DNA from: Eledone cirrhosa
Lineage: Eukaryota
Direction: 5' to 3'
Assembly (NCBI GenBank): GCA_964016885.1
Contig: OZ024744.1
Location: 99,324,001-99,388,000, forward strand
DNA length: 64,000 nucleotides
Shown here: piece by piece, positions 12,621-27,400 of the stretch
Numbering within the stretch: the first letter of the stretch is position 1
How the letters are laid out: each line of letters starts with the position of its first letter
Made by a program: the position numbers and the translations under genes
Notes under the pieces: generated by a model
What the model saw: the letters and a program-made list of their open reading frames with translations, nothing else
What the model was told of the DNA's origin: nothing
The model's database searches: none

Positions 12621-12900
12621 TTAGAATTTTAGTCTACGACTTCAGTTATACCATTTACGTGGTTTTGTGTTTGCGTGCAATTGTTCTCCACACTCCACAT
12701 ATGACGTATTATCTTCGTTTTTTCCGTTCATTGCCAGAGAACGTCTCTATGAACCACATAATAGAATATTAGTCTACGACCTCTTTTATACCCTAAACGT
12801 GGTTTTGTCTTTGCGTGTAATTGTTTTTCACCGCTCCAAATAATGACGTATTATATTCGTTTTTTCCCGTTCTTTGCCAGGAAAAGTTTCCACGAACCAA
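12621..12900. repeat. ~140-bp direct duplication (2 copies) in a probable Penelope-like remnant
   Basis: tagaa..tagtctacgac...acgtggttttgt..ttgcgtg..attgtt...atgacgtattat at 12622 and 12762. Confidence 0.8.
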
Positions 12901-12977
12901 AGTATCATCTTCCTGTCTTCCTCCGGTTGCAACGTTTTTTGAAATATTCACTTCTGCGTTCACAGATTGACTTTGTT

Positions 12978-13028
12978 AGTTTCAGAAGATCCCGTTAAGA
13001 GTGAAAGCAGCGATTATTTGCTTAAACT
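12978..13028 (+). ncRNA. Degenerate hammerhead ribozyme
   Basis: agttt-CAGAAGA-tcccgttaagagt-GAAA-gca..tgc-TT-aaact, followed by aataaa and (TA)n; one core mismatch (U4A). Confidence 0.55.
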
Positions 13029-13044
13029 TTAATCTGTTATTTTA

Positions 13045-13098
<54 letters not shown>

Positions 13099-13147
13099 AT
13101 TTATGTATCCAGTCCAGGGAGATCAGAATGTCTTTTAGAGGATTTAA

Positions 13148-13364
13148 CCCTTTAGCTTCTAAACTGCCCATATTCGGTCAAAATTCTCTCACCTCTTTCT
13201 GTTCAAACTGGCTGTAACTGACCAATCATACTTATGTTAAGGTATTGTTCTCAAAATAATATCAAAATCTCATAGATTTGATACTATGTGAGATAATTAT
13301 GTGAGGTAAAGCATTTACTGTGAAAATATAATAGTATTACAAGAGTAATGTAAATGCTAAAGGG
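13148..13364. mobile_element. piggyBac-type MITE
   Basis: TTAA|ccctttagc ... gctaaaggg|TTAA; a related inverted partial copy lies at ~55165-55341. Confidence 0.75.
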
Positions 13365-13413
13365 TTAAACCCAGAAATTTAAAAGATAATCTGTCAATTT
13401 GATGGCATTATTA

Positions 13414-14425
13414 TTTGGCAGTATCGGTAAAGTATCAGACATCATACTTTGACGCATAGAGTTACAGCCCTTGCCATTCTGAGTTCAAATCCCGCCAAGG
13501 TTAACTTTGCCTTTCATCCTTACGGGGGTCGATAAAATAAAGTACCAGTAATGCACTGGGTAATTGCTGGCCTTGTGCAAAAAAAAAATAGAAACAATTA
13601 TTACACCAAGGTGGTTGATTGGCAGTATCGGTAGAACATCGGACCACGTACTTTGTAGCATAGAGTTATGGCCCTTTACACTCTGAGTTAAAATCCCACT
13701 ATGGTTAGCTTCGCCTTTCATCCTTATAGGATTGATGATAGAATAAAGTACCAGTAACCCACTGGAGTCGATTTAATTGATTTTGCCCTCCCTCAAATTG
13801 TTGGCCTTGTGCCTAAATCAGAAACTATTATTAGGGCAGAGGATTGGCAGTATCAGTAGAGCATCGTTCCACAGGCTTTGTGGCATACAGTTATGGCCCT
13901 TTACACTCTGAGTTCAAATCCCCCTATGGTTAGCTTGGATCTCCTCCCCCAAATTGTTGGCCTTGAGCCTAAATAAGATATCATTATTTATGATAAAGGG
14001 GTGCTTGATTGACAATATTGGTAGAAAATTGGGCGGTGGATTGGTAGAATCGGTAGAGCGTCGGACACCCTGCTTTGCAGCATAGAGTTACGTCCTTTTA
14101 CGGTTTGAATTCAAATCCCGCTGAGGTTAACTTTGCCTTTCATCCTTACAGGGTTGATAAAATAAAGTACCAGTAATGTACTGGGATAATTGCTGGCCTT
14201 GTGCCAAAAGTAGGGTAGAGAATCGGACCACATGCTTTGCAGCATTTAGTTACAACCCCTTACATTCTGAGGGCTGTAGAGCGTCGGACAACATTATTTG
14301 CAGCATATATAATTAGGGCCTATTACACTCTGAGTTCAAATCCCACAATGTTTAACTTTGCCTTTCATCTTTACAGGGTCAATAAAATAAAGTACCAGTA
14401 ATGCACTGGGGTCGATTTAATTGAA
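13414..14425 (+). mobile_element. Head-to-tail cluster of ~5-6 family-A tRNA SINEs
   Basis: Repeated ttggcagtatcggta...gagttcaaatccc...gcctttcatcctt modules. Confidence 0.85.
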
Positions 14426-14430
14426 ACCCC

Positions 14431-14742
14431 AAGTTTTATGAAAGGTGGGTGAAAGTGGCGAGAATGGCCCGAGTGAATGGGCCTTCTCTCTATATCAGCC
14501 TGTAGGTTGAGGAAAAAGAGGAAGAGAGGAAAGGGGTACAAACTCTTCGTACTCCTGGAGATGAGGGTTGCACATTTTTTGGGGGGTATGTGTTACCCAT
14601 ATGTAATGTCTCCCCCTATTGGGGAAAATCGATTAATTTTAAAATTACATTTGTGATAGCATTTTACACGTTTTTATTGTATGTAAACTTCCCCCTTTGT
14701 ATTTGTCCCCTTCTTTTGTGCCCCTGTGGCTAATAAAGAAAC
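14431..14742 (+). mobile_element. Tx1/L1-like LINE 3' end
   Basis: KFYERWVKVARMARVNGPSLYISL* (F..RW C-terminal motif), then 3'UTR ending in aataaagaaa. Confidence 0.5.
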
Positions 14743-15331
14743 ATATCTATCTCTATATATATATATAAGCCTACCTTAACTAGCAACTACACAGCCATCC
14801 TATTCTCCATATATTTTATCATGTTTCGCTGTGACCCGTCTTCTCCCTCCTTTTACCTACCTATTTCGTTACTATCTACTCTTCCCCCTCTTTCTTCCTC
14901 TCTCTTTCTCCCTCACCCTCTCTCTGCCAGCCACCTCATTGTTTCCCTCGCCTGACCCTCTAGCAGTCCTTTTCTCACTTACACTCGCTGGGGTCAGTTG
15001 TGTCTTTTCGTTGGCCCACACGCTCTTGAACTTAAGTTCTGTTACCGCTGTAGTCTTGGATTTTCTTACCTTAAGTTGTTCGCACATTCCTCGGTTTGTT
15101 TGTTTTTCACTGTTTCCTCTTTTCCTCCCCTTTTTTCCCTTTTCCTTTCTATTTTCCATCCCTCCCTCCTCTGTTTTACCAATAACTTACCCAGTTATTG
15201 AACGCTCTGGGCATAGATATATTGTCTTTAAAGCATTGAAATATCCAAGACTCCCAGTAGACAACTGACGAGGAAAACTCCCCCCACCCCCACCGTTCTG
15301 GCTTTCTTCTTATTCTCATTCCATTTTTAAG

Positions 15332-15397
<66 letters not shown>

Positions 15398-15410
15398 TAC
15401 ATATCAGATA

Positions 15411-15522
15411 GGGTGTGGTAAAAAACCAGGTGGACCATAACCCACAAGAGTACTCGATACTTGGGATAGTAGAGTGGGTAATATGAAAAGATTCAGGACT
15501 CCGTTGGCTGAGTTCCGGCTGA
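15411..15522 (-). mobile_element. Fragment of the Penelope-like family also seen at 63.9 kb
   Basis: Reverse complement matches 63895-63992 (tattacccactctact...gagtact...gttatggtccacctggtt). Confidence 0.7.
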
Positions 15523-15627
15523 ATCCTGTCTAATCCCTGCTAGCATGAAAAACGGATGTTTAATGATGATGATGACATATGTATGTATATATATATATAT
15601 ATATATATATAACTATATATATATATA

Positions 15628-16034
15628 CTAGCAGATTTACCCGGCGTTGCCCAGGGTTTGAAATTATGCTAAGAATATACAGCTAGGAAGTAAAAGAAGA
15701 AAATTATTTGTCCCCAGCCTGTCAAAATAAGCAGAAGTCTTCAATAATTAATGCAAACGAATATTTAGTGCAATCTTTGTAAACATAAAACTATGTTGAT
15801 AATGAAGGAAAAAACTGAACAGGACATTTTAGAAAAAATAATTTTGTTATCGATTTTTTATTGCTCAACGTGGATCGATTTGAAAAATGTTTGTGATGTG
15901 ACCATCTTAGCGACGGGTGCAACGTGCACAGAAAATTTGGTCAAATTCGGTTGGGAAATGTAAAAGCCTTAGCTGTCCAAAGTTGTCCACACACACACAA
16001 ACACACACATCCTCGCTTTTATATATATAGAAGA
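15628..16034 (-). mobile_element. Non-autonomous Helitron
   Basis: Minus strand 5'-TC...; 3' GC hairpin cctgggcaacgccggg followed by CTAG; inserted in (TA)n. Confidence 0.7.
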
Positions 16035-16454
16035 TATATATATATAGCAACATCAGCACTGTTGTTGTCGCTTCAGTATTATGTATACATCATCATTATC
16101 ATCATCATCATCATCATCTTCATCTTCATCATCTTCATTTAACAACCGTTTTCCCTGTTAGAAAGGGTTGGACAAGTCTTCACAGATCGAGTCAGGCCTT
16201 AAGTGAGGCTATTGACCTCTCAGATGAGATTGTGGCTTATATCACTCTTAGATAAGGTCAAGTGCTCTACCGAGTGCATCATATGGTGAGCCGTTAGGTC
16301 ATTGACACAACTAAAGGGTCCTCCGAAACCTTGTTTGGCAAGTTTTTTTACTTCAGGATTCTCTTCCTATTCCCAACCACTTTACAACATGTACTAGGTG
16401 TATTTATCATGTAGATCACCAACACTAGAGATCTTGACATATACATACATGTAT

Positions 16455-17320
16455 ATCATCATCATCATCATCATCATCGTCTTTACATTCGATTCTCCAC
16501 GCTTGCATGGGTTGGATGGATCCTTCTCAGCACAGAATCTCTCCACTCGCCGCATTCCTTCATCTCTTCTGTGAATCACCGTGATTTGAGATTAGCTCTC
16601 ACCACCTCTGCCCAGGTCTTTATAGGTCTACCTCTACTACAGCTTCCTTCCACTGGCATTTCCTGGTATCTCAGTGATTTGACATCAGTTCTCACAACCT
16701 CTGCCCAAGTCTTCCTTGGTCTACCTCTACTCTGGCTTCCTTCCACTGACATTTCCTCTGCCCAAGTCTTCCTTGGTCTACCTCTATCATAGCTTCCTTC
16801 CACTGACATTTCCTCTGCCCAAGTCTTCCTTGGTCTACCTCTATCATAGCTTCCTTCCACTGACATTTCCTCTAACCAGGTCTTCCTTGGTCTACCTCTA
16901 CTCTGGCTTCCTTCCACTGACATTTCCTCTGCCCAAGTCTTCCTTGGTCTACCTCTATCATAGCTTCCTTCCACTGACATTTCCTCTAACCAGGTCTTCC
17001 TTGGTCTACCTCTACTACAGCTTCTTTCCACTGACATTTCCTCTACCCAGGTCTTCCTTGGTCTACCTCTACTGAAGCTTCCTTCCACTGACATTTCCTC
17101 TGCCCAGGTCTTCCTTGGTCTACAGCTTCCTTCCACTGGTATTTCCTGGTATCTCAGTGATTTGACATCAGCTCACACCACCTCTGCCCAGGTCTTCCTC
17201 GGTCTACCTCTTCTACAGCTTCCTTCCACTGGGGATTCCTGGCACTTCTTCACCCAACCATCATCATCCATGTACATCACATGTCCAAACCAATGCAATC
17301 TACTCTCTTGCACAACACTA
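16455..17320 (-). mobile_element. RTE 3' fragment containing a 57-bp coding-derived minisatellite (~16700-17140)
   Basis: RLHWFGHVMYMDDDGWVKKC..EGSCRRGRPRKTWAEVV; repeat unit EGSxxRGRPRKTWAEEMSV. Confidence 0.85.
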
Positions 17321-17494
17321 TATATATATATTTGTTTGTGTGTGAAATGTAGATGTCCCAAGACAGATGACTGTAATAGTTGATCACTGCTATAAAAATT
17401 GAAAAGATTAGGTAAAGTTTTCCTGGAGACAAATAAAAGTGTACAAAGGCATCTGTGAGGAAGGTTTCCCAATGGTTTTAAAATCAAACGGATT

Positions 17495-17908
17495 TGTGTT
17501 TGTGTGTCTGTGAGTTCATGTGTGTGTGAACATGTGTGCATTTGTGTGCATTTGTGTGCATGTGTTTGTGTGTATGTGTATGTGCATGTGTGTGTGTGTG
17601 TGTGTGTGTGCATGTGTGAGTGTATGTGTGTATGTGTGAATGTTTGTGTGTGTGTGCGTGTGTGTTGTGTGTTCATGTGTGCATGTATGTGTGTGTGTGT
17701 GTGTGTGTGCGCGTGTATGTGTATGTATGTGTGTATACGTGTATATATTTATATATATAAATGTCTGTGTGTGCACGTATAAGTTTACAAACAAGATGAG
17801 AATGTTGTCCATAACATGAGATAGAGTTTCTGTCTATTTTAGAAATTAAACTGAAACTTTGATCTTTTTTTATTATTATTTCAAGAGTCCAGGTTTGTTA
17901 TATATATA

Positions 17909-18000
<92 letters not shown>

Positions 18001-18012
18001 CATACATACATA

Positions 18013-18098
<86 letters not shown>

Positions 18099-18114
18099 AA
18101 TATATATACATATT

Positions 18115-18150
<36 letters not shown>

Positions 18151-18170
18151 CACACATATATATATATAAA
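17495..18170. repeat. (TG)n and (TA)n microsatellites
   Basis: Direct inspection. Confidence 0.9.
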
Positions 18171-18249
18171 ACAGATCAAAATCTTGGTTTCAGTAAAATA
18201 TATATATAAAATAACAGTTTGGAATATGAGAACAAATATAAGTGTGTAC

Positions 18250-18283
18250 ATCATGATCATCATCACCATCATCATTGTCATCC

Positions 18284-18319
<36 letters not shown>

Positions 18320-18489
18320 GCGTCATCACCACCGTTTAATGTCCATTTTTCGACACTGGCGGGGGTTAGATGAGTTGTCCAGATTCCAGATGTGAGTGAA
18401 GCCAGGTCAGGTGACCATGTCTTGCTCATACAGACACTGTTTCTGCCTTTGTTTCTACAGCTGGATGTCCTTCTTAAAAGAAACCACAT
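18250..18489 (-). mobile_element. RTE 3' terminus abutting the large 48-bp array
   Basis: (CAT)n, tttaatgtccatttt..gggttagatg..ggtgaccatgtcttgctcatacag..tttctacagctggatg. Confidence 0.85.
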
Positions 18490-21400
18490 TTACAGTGTGG
18501 ACTGGGTGCCTTTTATTGTAACACCTACATGACCACTTTACAGTGTGTACAGGGTGCCTTTTATTGTAACACCTACATGACCACTTTACAGTGTGTACAG
18601 AGTGCCTTTTATTGTGCCACCTACATGACCACTTTACAGTGTGTACAGGGTGCCTTTTATTGTAACACCTACATGACCACTTTACAGTGTGTACAGAGTG
18701 CCTTTTATTGTGACACCTACATGACCACTTTATAGTGTGTACAGAGTGCCTTTTATTGTGCCACCTACATGACCACTTTACAGTGTGTACAGAGTGCCTT
18801 TAATTGTAACACCTACATGACCACTTTACAGTGTGTACAGAGTGCCTTATATTGTGACACCTACATGACCACTTTACAGTGTGTACAGGGTGCTTTTTAT
18901 TGTGACACCTACATGACCACTTTACAGTGTGTACAGAGTGCCTTTTATTGTGACACCTACATGACCACTTTACAGTGTGGACTGGGTGCTTTTTATTGTG
19001 ACACCTACATGACCACTTTACAGTGTGGACTGGGTGCTTTTTATTGTGACACCTACATGACCACTTTACAGTGTGTACAGAGTGCCTTTTATTGTAACAC
19101 CTACATGACCACTTTACAGTGTGTACAGAGTGCCTTTTATTGTGACACCTACATGACCACTTTATAGTGTGTACAGAGTGCCTTTTATTGTGACACCTAC
19201 ATGACCACTTTATAGTGTGTACAGAGTGCCTTTTATTGTGACACCTACATGACCACTTTACAGTGTGTACAGAGTGCCTTTTATTGTGACACCTACATGA
19301 CCACTTTATAGTGTGTACAGAGTGCCTTTTATTGTGACACCTACATGACCACTTTACAGGGTGTACAGAGTGCTTTTTATTGTGCCACCTACATGACCAC
19401 TTTACGGTGTGTACAGAGTGCCTTTTATTGTGACACCTACATGACCACTTTATAGTGTGTACAGAGTGCCTTTTATTGTGACACCTACATGACCACTTTA
19501 CAGTGTGTACAGAGTGCTTTTATTGTGACACCTACATGACCACTTTATAGTGTGTACAGAGTGCCTTTTATTGTGACACCTACATGACCACTTTACAGGG
19601 TGTACAGAGTGCTTTTTATTGTGCCACCTACATGACCACTTTACAGTGTGTACAGAGTGCCTTTTATTGTGACACCTACATGACCACTTTATAGTGTGTA
19701 CAGAATGCCTTTTATTGTGACACCTACATGACCACTTTACAGTGTGTACAGAGTGCCTTTTATTGTAACACCAACATGACCACTTTACAGTGTGTACAGA
19801 GTGCCTTTTATTGTGACACCTACATGACCACTTTACAGTGTGTACAGGGTGCTTTTTATTGTGCCACCTACATGACCACTTTACAGTGTGTACAGAGTGC
19901 CTTTTATTGTGACACCTACATGACCACTTTATAGTGTGTACAGAGTGCCTTTTATTGTAACACCAACATGACCACTTTACAGTGTGTACAGAGTGCCTTT
20001 TATTGTGACACCTACATGACCACTTTATAGTGTGTACAGAGTGCCTTTTATTGTGACACCTACATGACCACTTTACAGTGTGTACAGAGTGCCTTTTATT
20101 GTGACACCTACATGACCACTTTACAGTGTGTACAGAGTGCCTTTTATTGTGCCACCTACATGACCACTTTACAGTGTGGGCTGGGTGCCTTTTATTGTGA
20201 CACCTACATGACCACTTTACAGTGTGTACATGGTGCTTTTTATTGTGCCACCTACATGACCACTTTACAGTGTGTACAGAGTGCCTTTTATTGTGACACC
20301 TACATGACCACTTTACAGTGTGTACAGGGTGCTTTTTATTGTGCCACCTACATGACCACTTTACGGTGTGTACAGAGTGCCTTTTATTGTGACACCTACA
20401 TGACCACTTTATAGTGTGTACAGAGTGCCTTTTATTGTAACACCAACATGACCACTTTACAGTGTGTACAGAGTGCCTTTTATTGTGACACCTACATGAC
20501 CACTTTATAGTGTGTACAGAGTGCCTTTTATTGTGACACCTACATGACCACTTTACAGTGTGTACAGAGTGCCTTTTATTGTGCCACCTACATGACCACT
20601 TTACAGTGTGTACAGAGTGCCTTTTATTGTGCCACCTACATGACCACTTTACAGTGTGGGCTGGGTGCCTTTTATTGTGCCATCTACATGACCACTTTAC
20701 AGTGTGGACTGGGTGCTTTATATTGTGCCACCTACATGACCACTTTACAGTGTGTACAGAGTGCCTTTTATTGTGCCATCTACATGACCACTTTACAGTG
20801 TGGACTGGGTGCTTTTTATTGTGACACCTACATGACCACTTTACAGTGTGGACTGGGTGCTTTTTATTGTGACACCTACATGACCACTTTACAGGGTGTA
20901 CAGAGTGCCTTTTATTGTGACACCTACATGACCACTTTACAGTGTGTACAGAGTGCCTTTTATTGTGCCATCTACATGACCACTTTACAGTGTGGACTGG
21001 GTGATTTTTATTGTGACACCTACATGACCACTTTACAGTGTGGACTGGGTGCTTTTTATTGTGACACCTACATGACCACTTTACAGTGTGGGCTGGGTGC
21101 TTTTTGTTGTGACACCTACATGACCACTTTACAGTGTGGACTGGGTGCTTTTTATTGTGACACCTACATGACCACTTTACAGTGTGTACAGAGTGCCTTT
21201 TATTGTGCCACCTACATGACCACTTTACAGTGTGGACTGGGTGCCTTTTATTGTGACACCTACATGACCACTTTACAGTGTGGACTGGGTGCTTTTTATT
21301 GTGACACCTACATGACCACTTTACAGTGTGGACTGGGTGCTTTTTATTGTGACACCTACATGACCACTTTACAGTGTGGGCTGGGTGCTTTTTGTTGTGA

Positions 21401-24400
21401 CACCTACATGACCACTTTACAGTGTGGACTGGGTGCTTTTTATTGTGACACCTACATGACCACTTTACAGTGTGTACAGAGTGCCTTTTATTGTGCCACC
21501 TACATGACCACTTTACAGTGTGGACTGGGTGCCTTTTATTGTGACACCTACATGACCACTTTACAGTGTGGACTGGGTGCTTTTTATTGTGACACCTACA
21601 TGACCACTTTACAGTGTGGACTGGGTGCTTTTTATTGTGACACCTACATGACCACTTTACAGTGTGTACAGAGTGCCTTTTATTGTGCCACCTACATGAC
21701 CACTTTACAGTGTGGACTGGGTGCCTTTTATTGTGACACCTACATGACCACTTTACAGTGTGGACTGGGTGCTTTTTATTGTGACACCTACATGACCACT
21801 TTACAGTGTGGACTGGGTGCTTTTTATTGTGACACCTACATGACCACTTTACAGTGTGGACTGGGTGCTTTTTATTGTGACACCTACATGACCACTTTAC
21901 AGTGTGGACTGGGTGCTTTTTATTGTGACACCTACATGACCACTTTACAGTGTGGGCTGGGTGCTTTTTATTGTGACACCTACATGACCACTTTACAGTG
22001 TGTACAGAGTGCCTTTTATTGTGACACCTACATGACCACTTTATAGTGTGTACTGAGTGCCTTTTATTGTGCCACCTACATGACCACTTTACAGTCTGGA
22101 CTGGGTGCTTTTTATTGTGCCACCTACATGACCACTTTACAGTGTGTACAGAGTGACTTTTATTGTGACACCTACATGACCACTTTACAGTGTGGGCTGG
22201 GTGCTTTTTATTGTGCCACCTACATGACCACTTTACAGTGTGGACTGGGTGCTTTTTATTGTGACACCTACATGACCACTTTACAGTGTGTACAGAGTGC
22301 CTTTTATTGTGACACCTACATGACCACTTTATAGTGTGTACAGAGTGCCTTTTATTGTGCCACCTACATGACCACTTTACAGTGTGGACTGGGTGCTTTT
22401 TATTGTGCCACCTACATGACCACTTTACAGTGTGTACAGAGTGCCTTTTATTGTGACACCTACATGACCACTTTACAGTGTGGGCTGGGTGCTTTTTATT
22501 GTGCCACCTACATGACCACTTTACAGTGTGGACTGGGTGCTTTTTATTGTGACACCTACATGACCACTTTACAGTGTGGACTGGGTGCTTTTTATTGTGC
22601 CACCTACATGACCACTTTACAGTGTGTAGAGGGTGCCTTTTATTGTGACACCTACATGACCACTTTACAGTGTGGACTGGGTGCTTTTTATTGTGACACC
22701 TACATGACCACTTTACAGTGTGTAGTGGGTGCTTTTTATTGTGACACCTACATGACCACTTTACAGTGTGGACTGGGTGCCTTTTATTGTGACACCTACA
22801 TGACCACTTTACAGTGTGTACAGAGTGCCTTTTATTGTGCCACCTACATGACCACTTTACAGTGTGGACTGGGTGCCTTTTATTGTGACACCTACATGAC
22901 CACTTTACAGTGTGGACTGGGTGCTTTTTATTGTGACACCTACATGACCACTTTACAGTGTGGACTGGGTGCTTTTTATTGTGACACCTACATGACCACT
23001 TTACAGTGTGTACAGAGTGCCTTTTATTGTGACACCTACATGACCACTTTACAGTGTGTACAGAGTGCCTTTTATTGTGACACCTACATGACCACTTTAT
23101 AGTGTGTACAGAGTGCCTTTTATTGTGCCACCTACATGACCACTTTACAGTGTGGACTGGGTGCTTTTTATTGTGCCACCTACATGACCACTTTACAGTG
23201 TGTACAGAGTGCCTTTTATTGTGACACCTACATGACCACTTTACAGTGTGTACAGAGTGCCTTTTATTGTGACACCTACATGACCACTTTACAGTGTGTA
23301 CAGAGTACCTTTTCTTGTGCCACCTACATGACCACTTTACAGTGTGTACAGAGTGCCTTTTATTGTGACACCTACATGACCACTTTACAGTGTGTACAGA
23401 GTGCCTTTTATTGTGCCACCTACATGACCACTTTACAGTGTGTACAGGGTGCCTTTTATTGTGACACCTACATGACCACTTTACAGTGTGGACTGTGTGC
23501 TTTTTGTCATGACACCAACATGACCAATTTACAGTGTGGGCTGTGTGCTTTTTGTCATGACACCGACATGACCACTTTACAGTGTGGACTGGGTGCTTTT
23601 TATTGTGACACCTACATGACCACTTTACAGTGTGTACAGAGTGCCTTTTATTGTGCCACCTACATGACCACTTTACAGTGTGGACTGGGTGCCTTTTATT
23701 GTGACACCTACATGACCACTTTACAGTGTGGACTGGGTGCTTTTTATTGTGACACCTACATGACCACTTTACAGTGTGGACTGGGTGCTTTTTATTGTGA
23801 CACCTACATGACCACTTTACAGTGTGGACTGGGTGCTTTTTATTGTGACACCTACATGACCACTTTACAGTGTGGACTGGGTGCTTTTTATTGTGACACC
23901 TACATGACCACTTTACAGTGTGGGCTGGGTGCTTTTTATTGTGACACCTACATGACCACTTTACAGTGTGTACAGAGTGCCTTTTATTGTGACACCTACA
24001 TGACCACTTTATAGTGTGTACTGAGTGCCTTTAATTGTGCCACCTACATGACCACTTTACAGTCTGGACTGGGTGCTTTTTATTGTGCCACCTACATGAC
24101 CACTTTACAGTGTGTACAGAGTGACTTTTATTGTGACACCTACATGACCACTTTACAGTGTGGGCTGGGTGCTTTTTATTGTGCCACCTACATGACCACT
24201 TTACAGTGTGGACTGGGTGCTTTTTATTGTGACACCTACATGACCACTTTACAGTGTGTACAGAGTGCCTTTTATTGTGACACCTACATGACCACTTTAT
24301 AGTGTGTACAGAGTGCCTTTTATTGTGCCACCTCCATGACCACTTTACAGTGTGGACTGGGTGCTTTTTATTGTGCCACCTACATGACCACTTTACAGTG

Positions 24401-27400
24401 TGTACAGAGTGCCTTTTATTGTGACACCTACATGACCACTTTATAGTGTGTACAGAGTGCCTTTTATTGTGCCACCTACATGACCACTTTACAGTGTGGA
24501 CTGGGTGCTTTTTATTGTGCCACCTACATGACCACTTTACAGTGTGTACAGAGTGCCTTTTATTGTGACACCTACATGACCACTTTACAGTGTGGGCTGG
24601 GTGCTTTTTATTGTGCCACCTACATGACCACTTTACAGTGTGGACTGGGTGCTTTTTATTGTGACACCTACATGACCACTTTACAGTGTGGACTGGGTGC
24701 TTTTTATTGTGCCACCTACATGACCACTTTACAGTGTGTAGAGGGTGCCTTTTATTGTGACACCTACATGACCACTTTACAGTGTGGACTGGGTGCTTTT
24801 TATTGTGACACCTACATGACCACTTTACAGTGTGTAGTGGGTGCTTTTTATTGTGACACCTACATGACCACTTTACAGTGTGGACTGGGTGCCTTTTATT
24901 GTGACACCTACATGACCACTTTACAGTGTGTACAGAGTGCCTTTTATTGTGCCACCTACATGACCACTTTACAGTGTGGACTGGGTGCCTTTTATTGTGA
25001 CACCTACATGACCACTTTACAGTGTGGACTGGGTGCTTTTTATTGTGACACCTACATGACCACTTTACAGTGTGGACTGGGTGCTTTTTATTGTGACACC
25101 TACATGACCACTTTACAGTGTGTACAGAGTGCCTTTTATTGTGACACCTACATGACCACTTTACAGTGTGTACAGAGTGCCTTTTATTGTGACACCTACA
25201 TGACCACTTTATAGTGTGTACAGAGTGCCTTTTATTGTGCCACCTACATGACCACTTTACAGTGTGGACTGGGTGCTTTTTATTGTGCCACCTACATGAC
25301 CACTTTACAGTGTGTACAGAGTGCCTTTTATTGTGACACCTACATGACCACTTTACAGTGTGTACAGAGTGCCTTTTATTGTGACACCTACATGACCACT
25401 TTACAGTGTGTACAGAGTACCTTTTCTTGTGCCACCTACATGACCACTTTACAGTGTGTACAGAGTGCCTTTTATTGTGACACCTACATGACCACTTTAC
25501 AGTGTGTACAGAGTGCCTTTTATTGTGCCACCTACATGACCACTTTACAGTGTGTACAGGGTGCCTTTTATTGTGACACCTACATGACCACTTTACAGTG
25601 TGGACTGTGTGCTTTTTGTCATGACACCAACATGACCAATTTACAGTGTGGGCTGTGTGCTTTTTGTCATGACACCGACATGACCACTTTACAGTGTGGA
25701 CTGGGTGCTTTTTATTGTGACACCTACATGACCACTTTACAGTGTGTACAGAGTGCCTTTTATTGTGCCACCTACATGACCACTTTACAGTGTGGACTGG
25801 GTGCCTTTTATTGTGACACCTACATGACCACTTTACAGTGTGGACTGGGTGCTTTTTATTGTGACACCTACATGACCACTTTACAGTGTGGACTGGGTGC
25901 TTTTTATTGTGACACCTACATGACCACTTTACAGTGTGGACTGGGTGCTTTTTATTGTGACACCTACATGACCACTTTACAGTGTGGACTGGGTGCTTTT
26001 TATTGTGACACCTACATGACCACTTTACAGTGTGGGCTGGGTGCTTTTTATTGTGACACCTACATGACCACTTTACAGTGTGTACAGAGTGCCTTTTATT
26101 GTGACACCTACATGACCACTTTATAGTGTGTACTGAGTGCCTTTAATTGTGCCACCTACATGACCACTTTACAGTCTGGACTGGGTGCTTTTTATTGTGC
26201 CACCTACATGACCACTTTACAGTGTGTACAGAGTGACTTTTATTGTGACACCTACATGACCACTTTACAGTGTGGGCTGGGTGCTTTTTATTGTGCCACC
26301 TACATGACCACTTTACAGTGTGGACTGGGTGCTTTTTATTGTGACACCTACATGACCACTTTACAGTGTGTACAGAGTGCCTTTTATTGTGACACCTACA
26401 TGACCACTTTATAGTGTGTACAGAGTGCCTTTTATTGTGCCACCTACATGACCACTTTACAGTGTGGACTGGGTGCTTTTTATTGTGCCACCTACATGAC
26501 CACTTTACAGTGTGTACAGAGTGCCTTTTATTGTGACACCTACATGACCACTTTACAGTGTGGGCTGGGTGCTTTTTATTGTGCCACCTACATGACCACT
26601 TTACAGTGTGGACTGGGTGCTTTTTATTGTGACACCTACATGACCACTTTACAGTGTGGACTGGGTGCTTTTTATTGTGCCACCTACATGACCACTTTAC
26701 AGTGTGTAGAGGGTGCCTTTTATTGTGACACCTACATGACCACTTTACAGTGTGGACTGGGTGCTTTTTATTGTGACACCTACATGACCACTTTACAGTG
26801 TGTAGTGGGTGCTTTTTATTGTGACACCTACATGACCACTTTACAGTGTGGACTGGGTGCCTTTTATTGTGACACCTACATGACCACTTTACAGTGTGTA
26901 CAGAGTGCCTTTTATTGTGCCACCTACATGACCACTTTACAGTGTGGACTGGGTGCCTTTTATTGTGACACCTACATGACCACTTTACAGTGTGGACTGG
27001 GTGCTTTTTATTGTGACACCTACATGACCACTTTACAGTGTGGACTGGGTGCTTTTTATTGTGACACCTACATGACCACTTTACAGTGTGTACAGAGTGC
27101 CTTTTATTGTGACACCTACATGACCACTTTACAGTGTGTACAGAGTGCCTTTTATTGTGACACCTACATGACCACTTTATAGTGTGTACAGAGTGCCTTT
27201 TATTGTGCCACCTACATGACCACTTTACAGTGTGGACTGGGTGCTTTTTATTGTGCCACCTACATGACCACTTTACAGTGTGTACAGAGTGCCTTTTATT
27301 GTGACACCTACATGACCACTTTACAGTGTGTACAGAGTGCCTTTTATTGTGACACCTACATGACCACTTTACAGTGTGTACAGAGTACCTTTTCTTGTGC

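Noticed and set aside
15261-15285. Hammerhead-like CTGACGA-gga-aaac-tcc
   Set aside because: No GAAA, stem III or cleavage site follows; at most a truncated half
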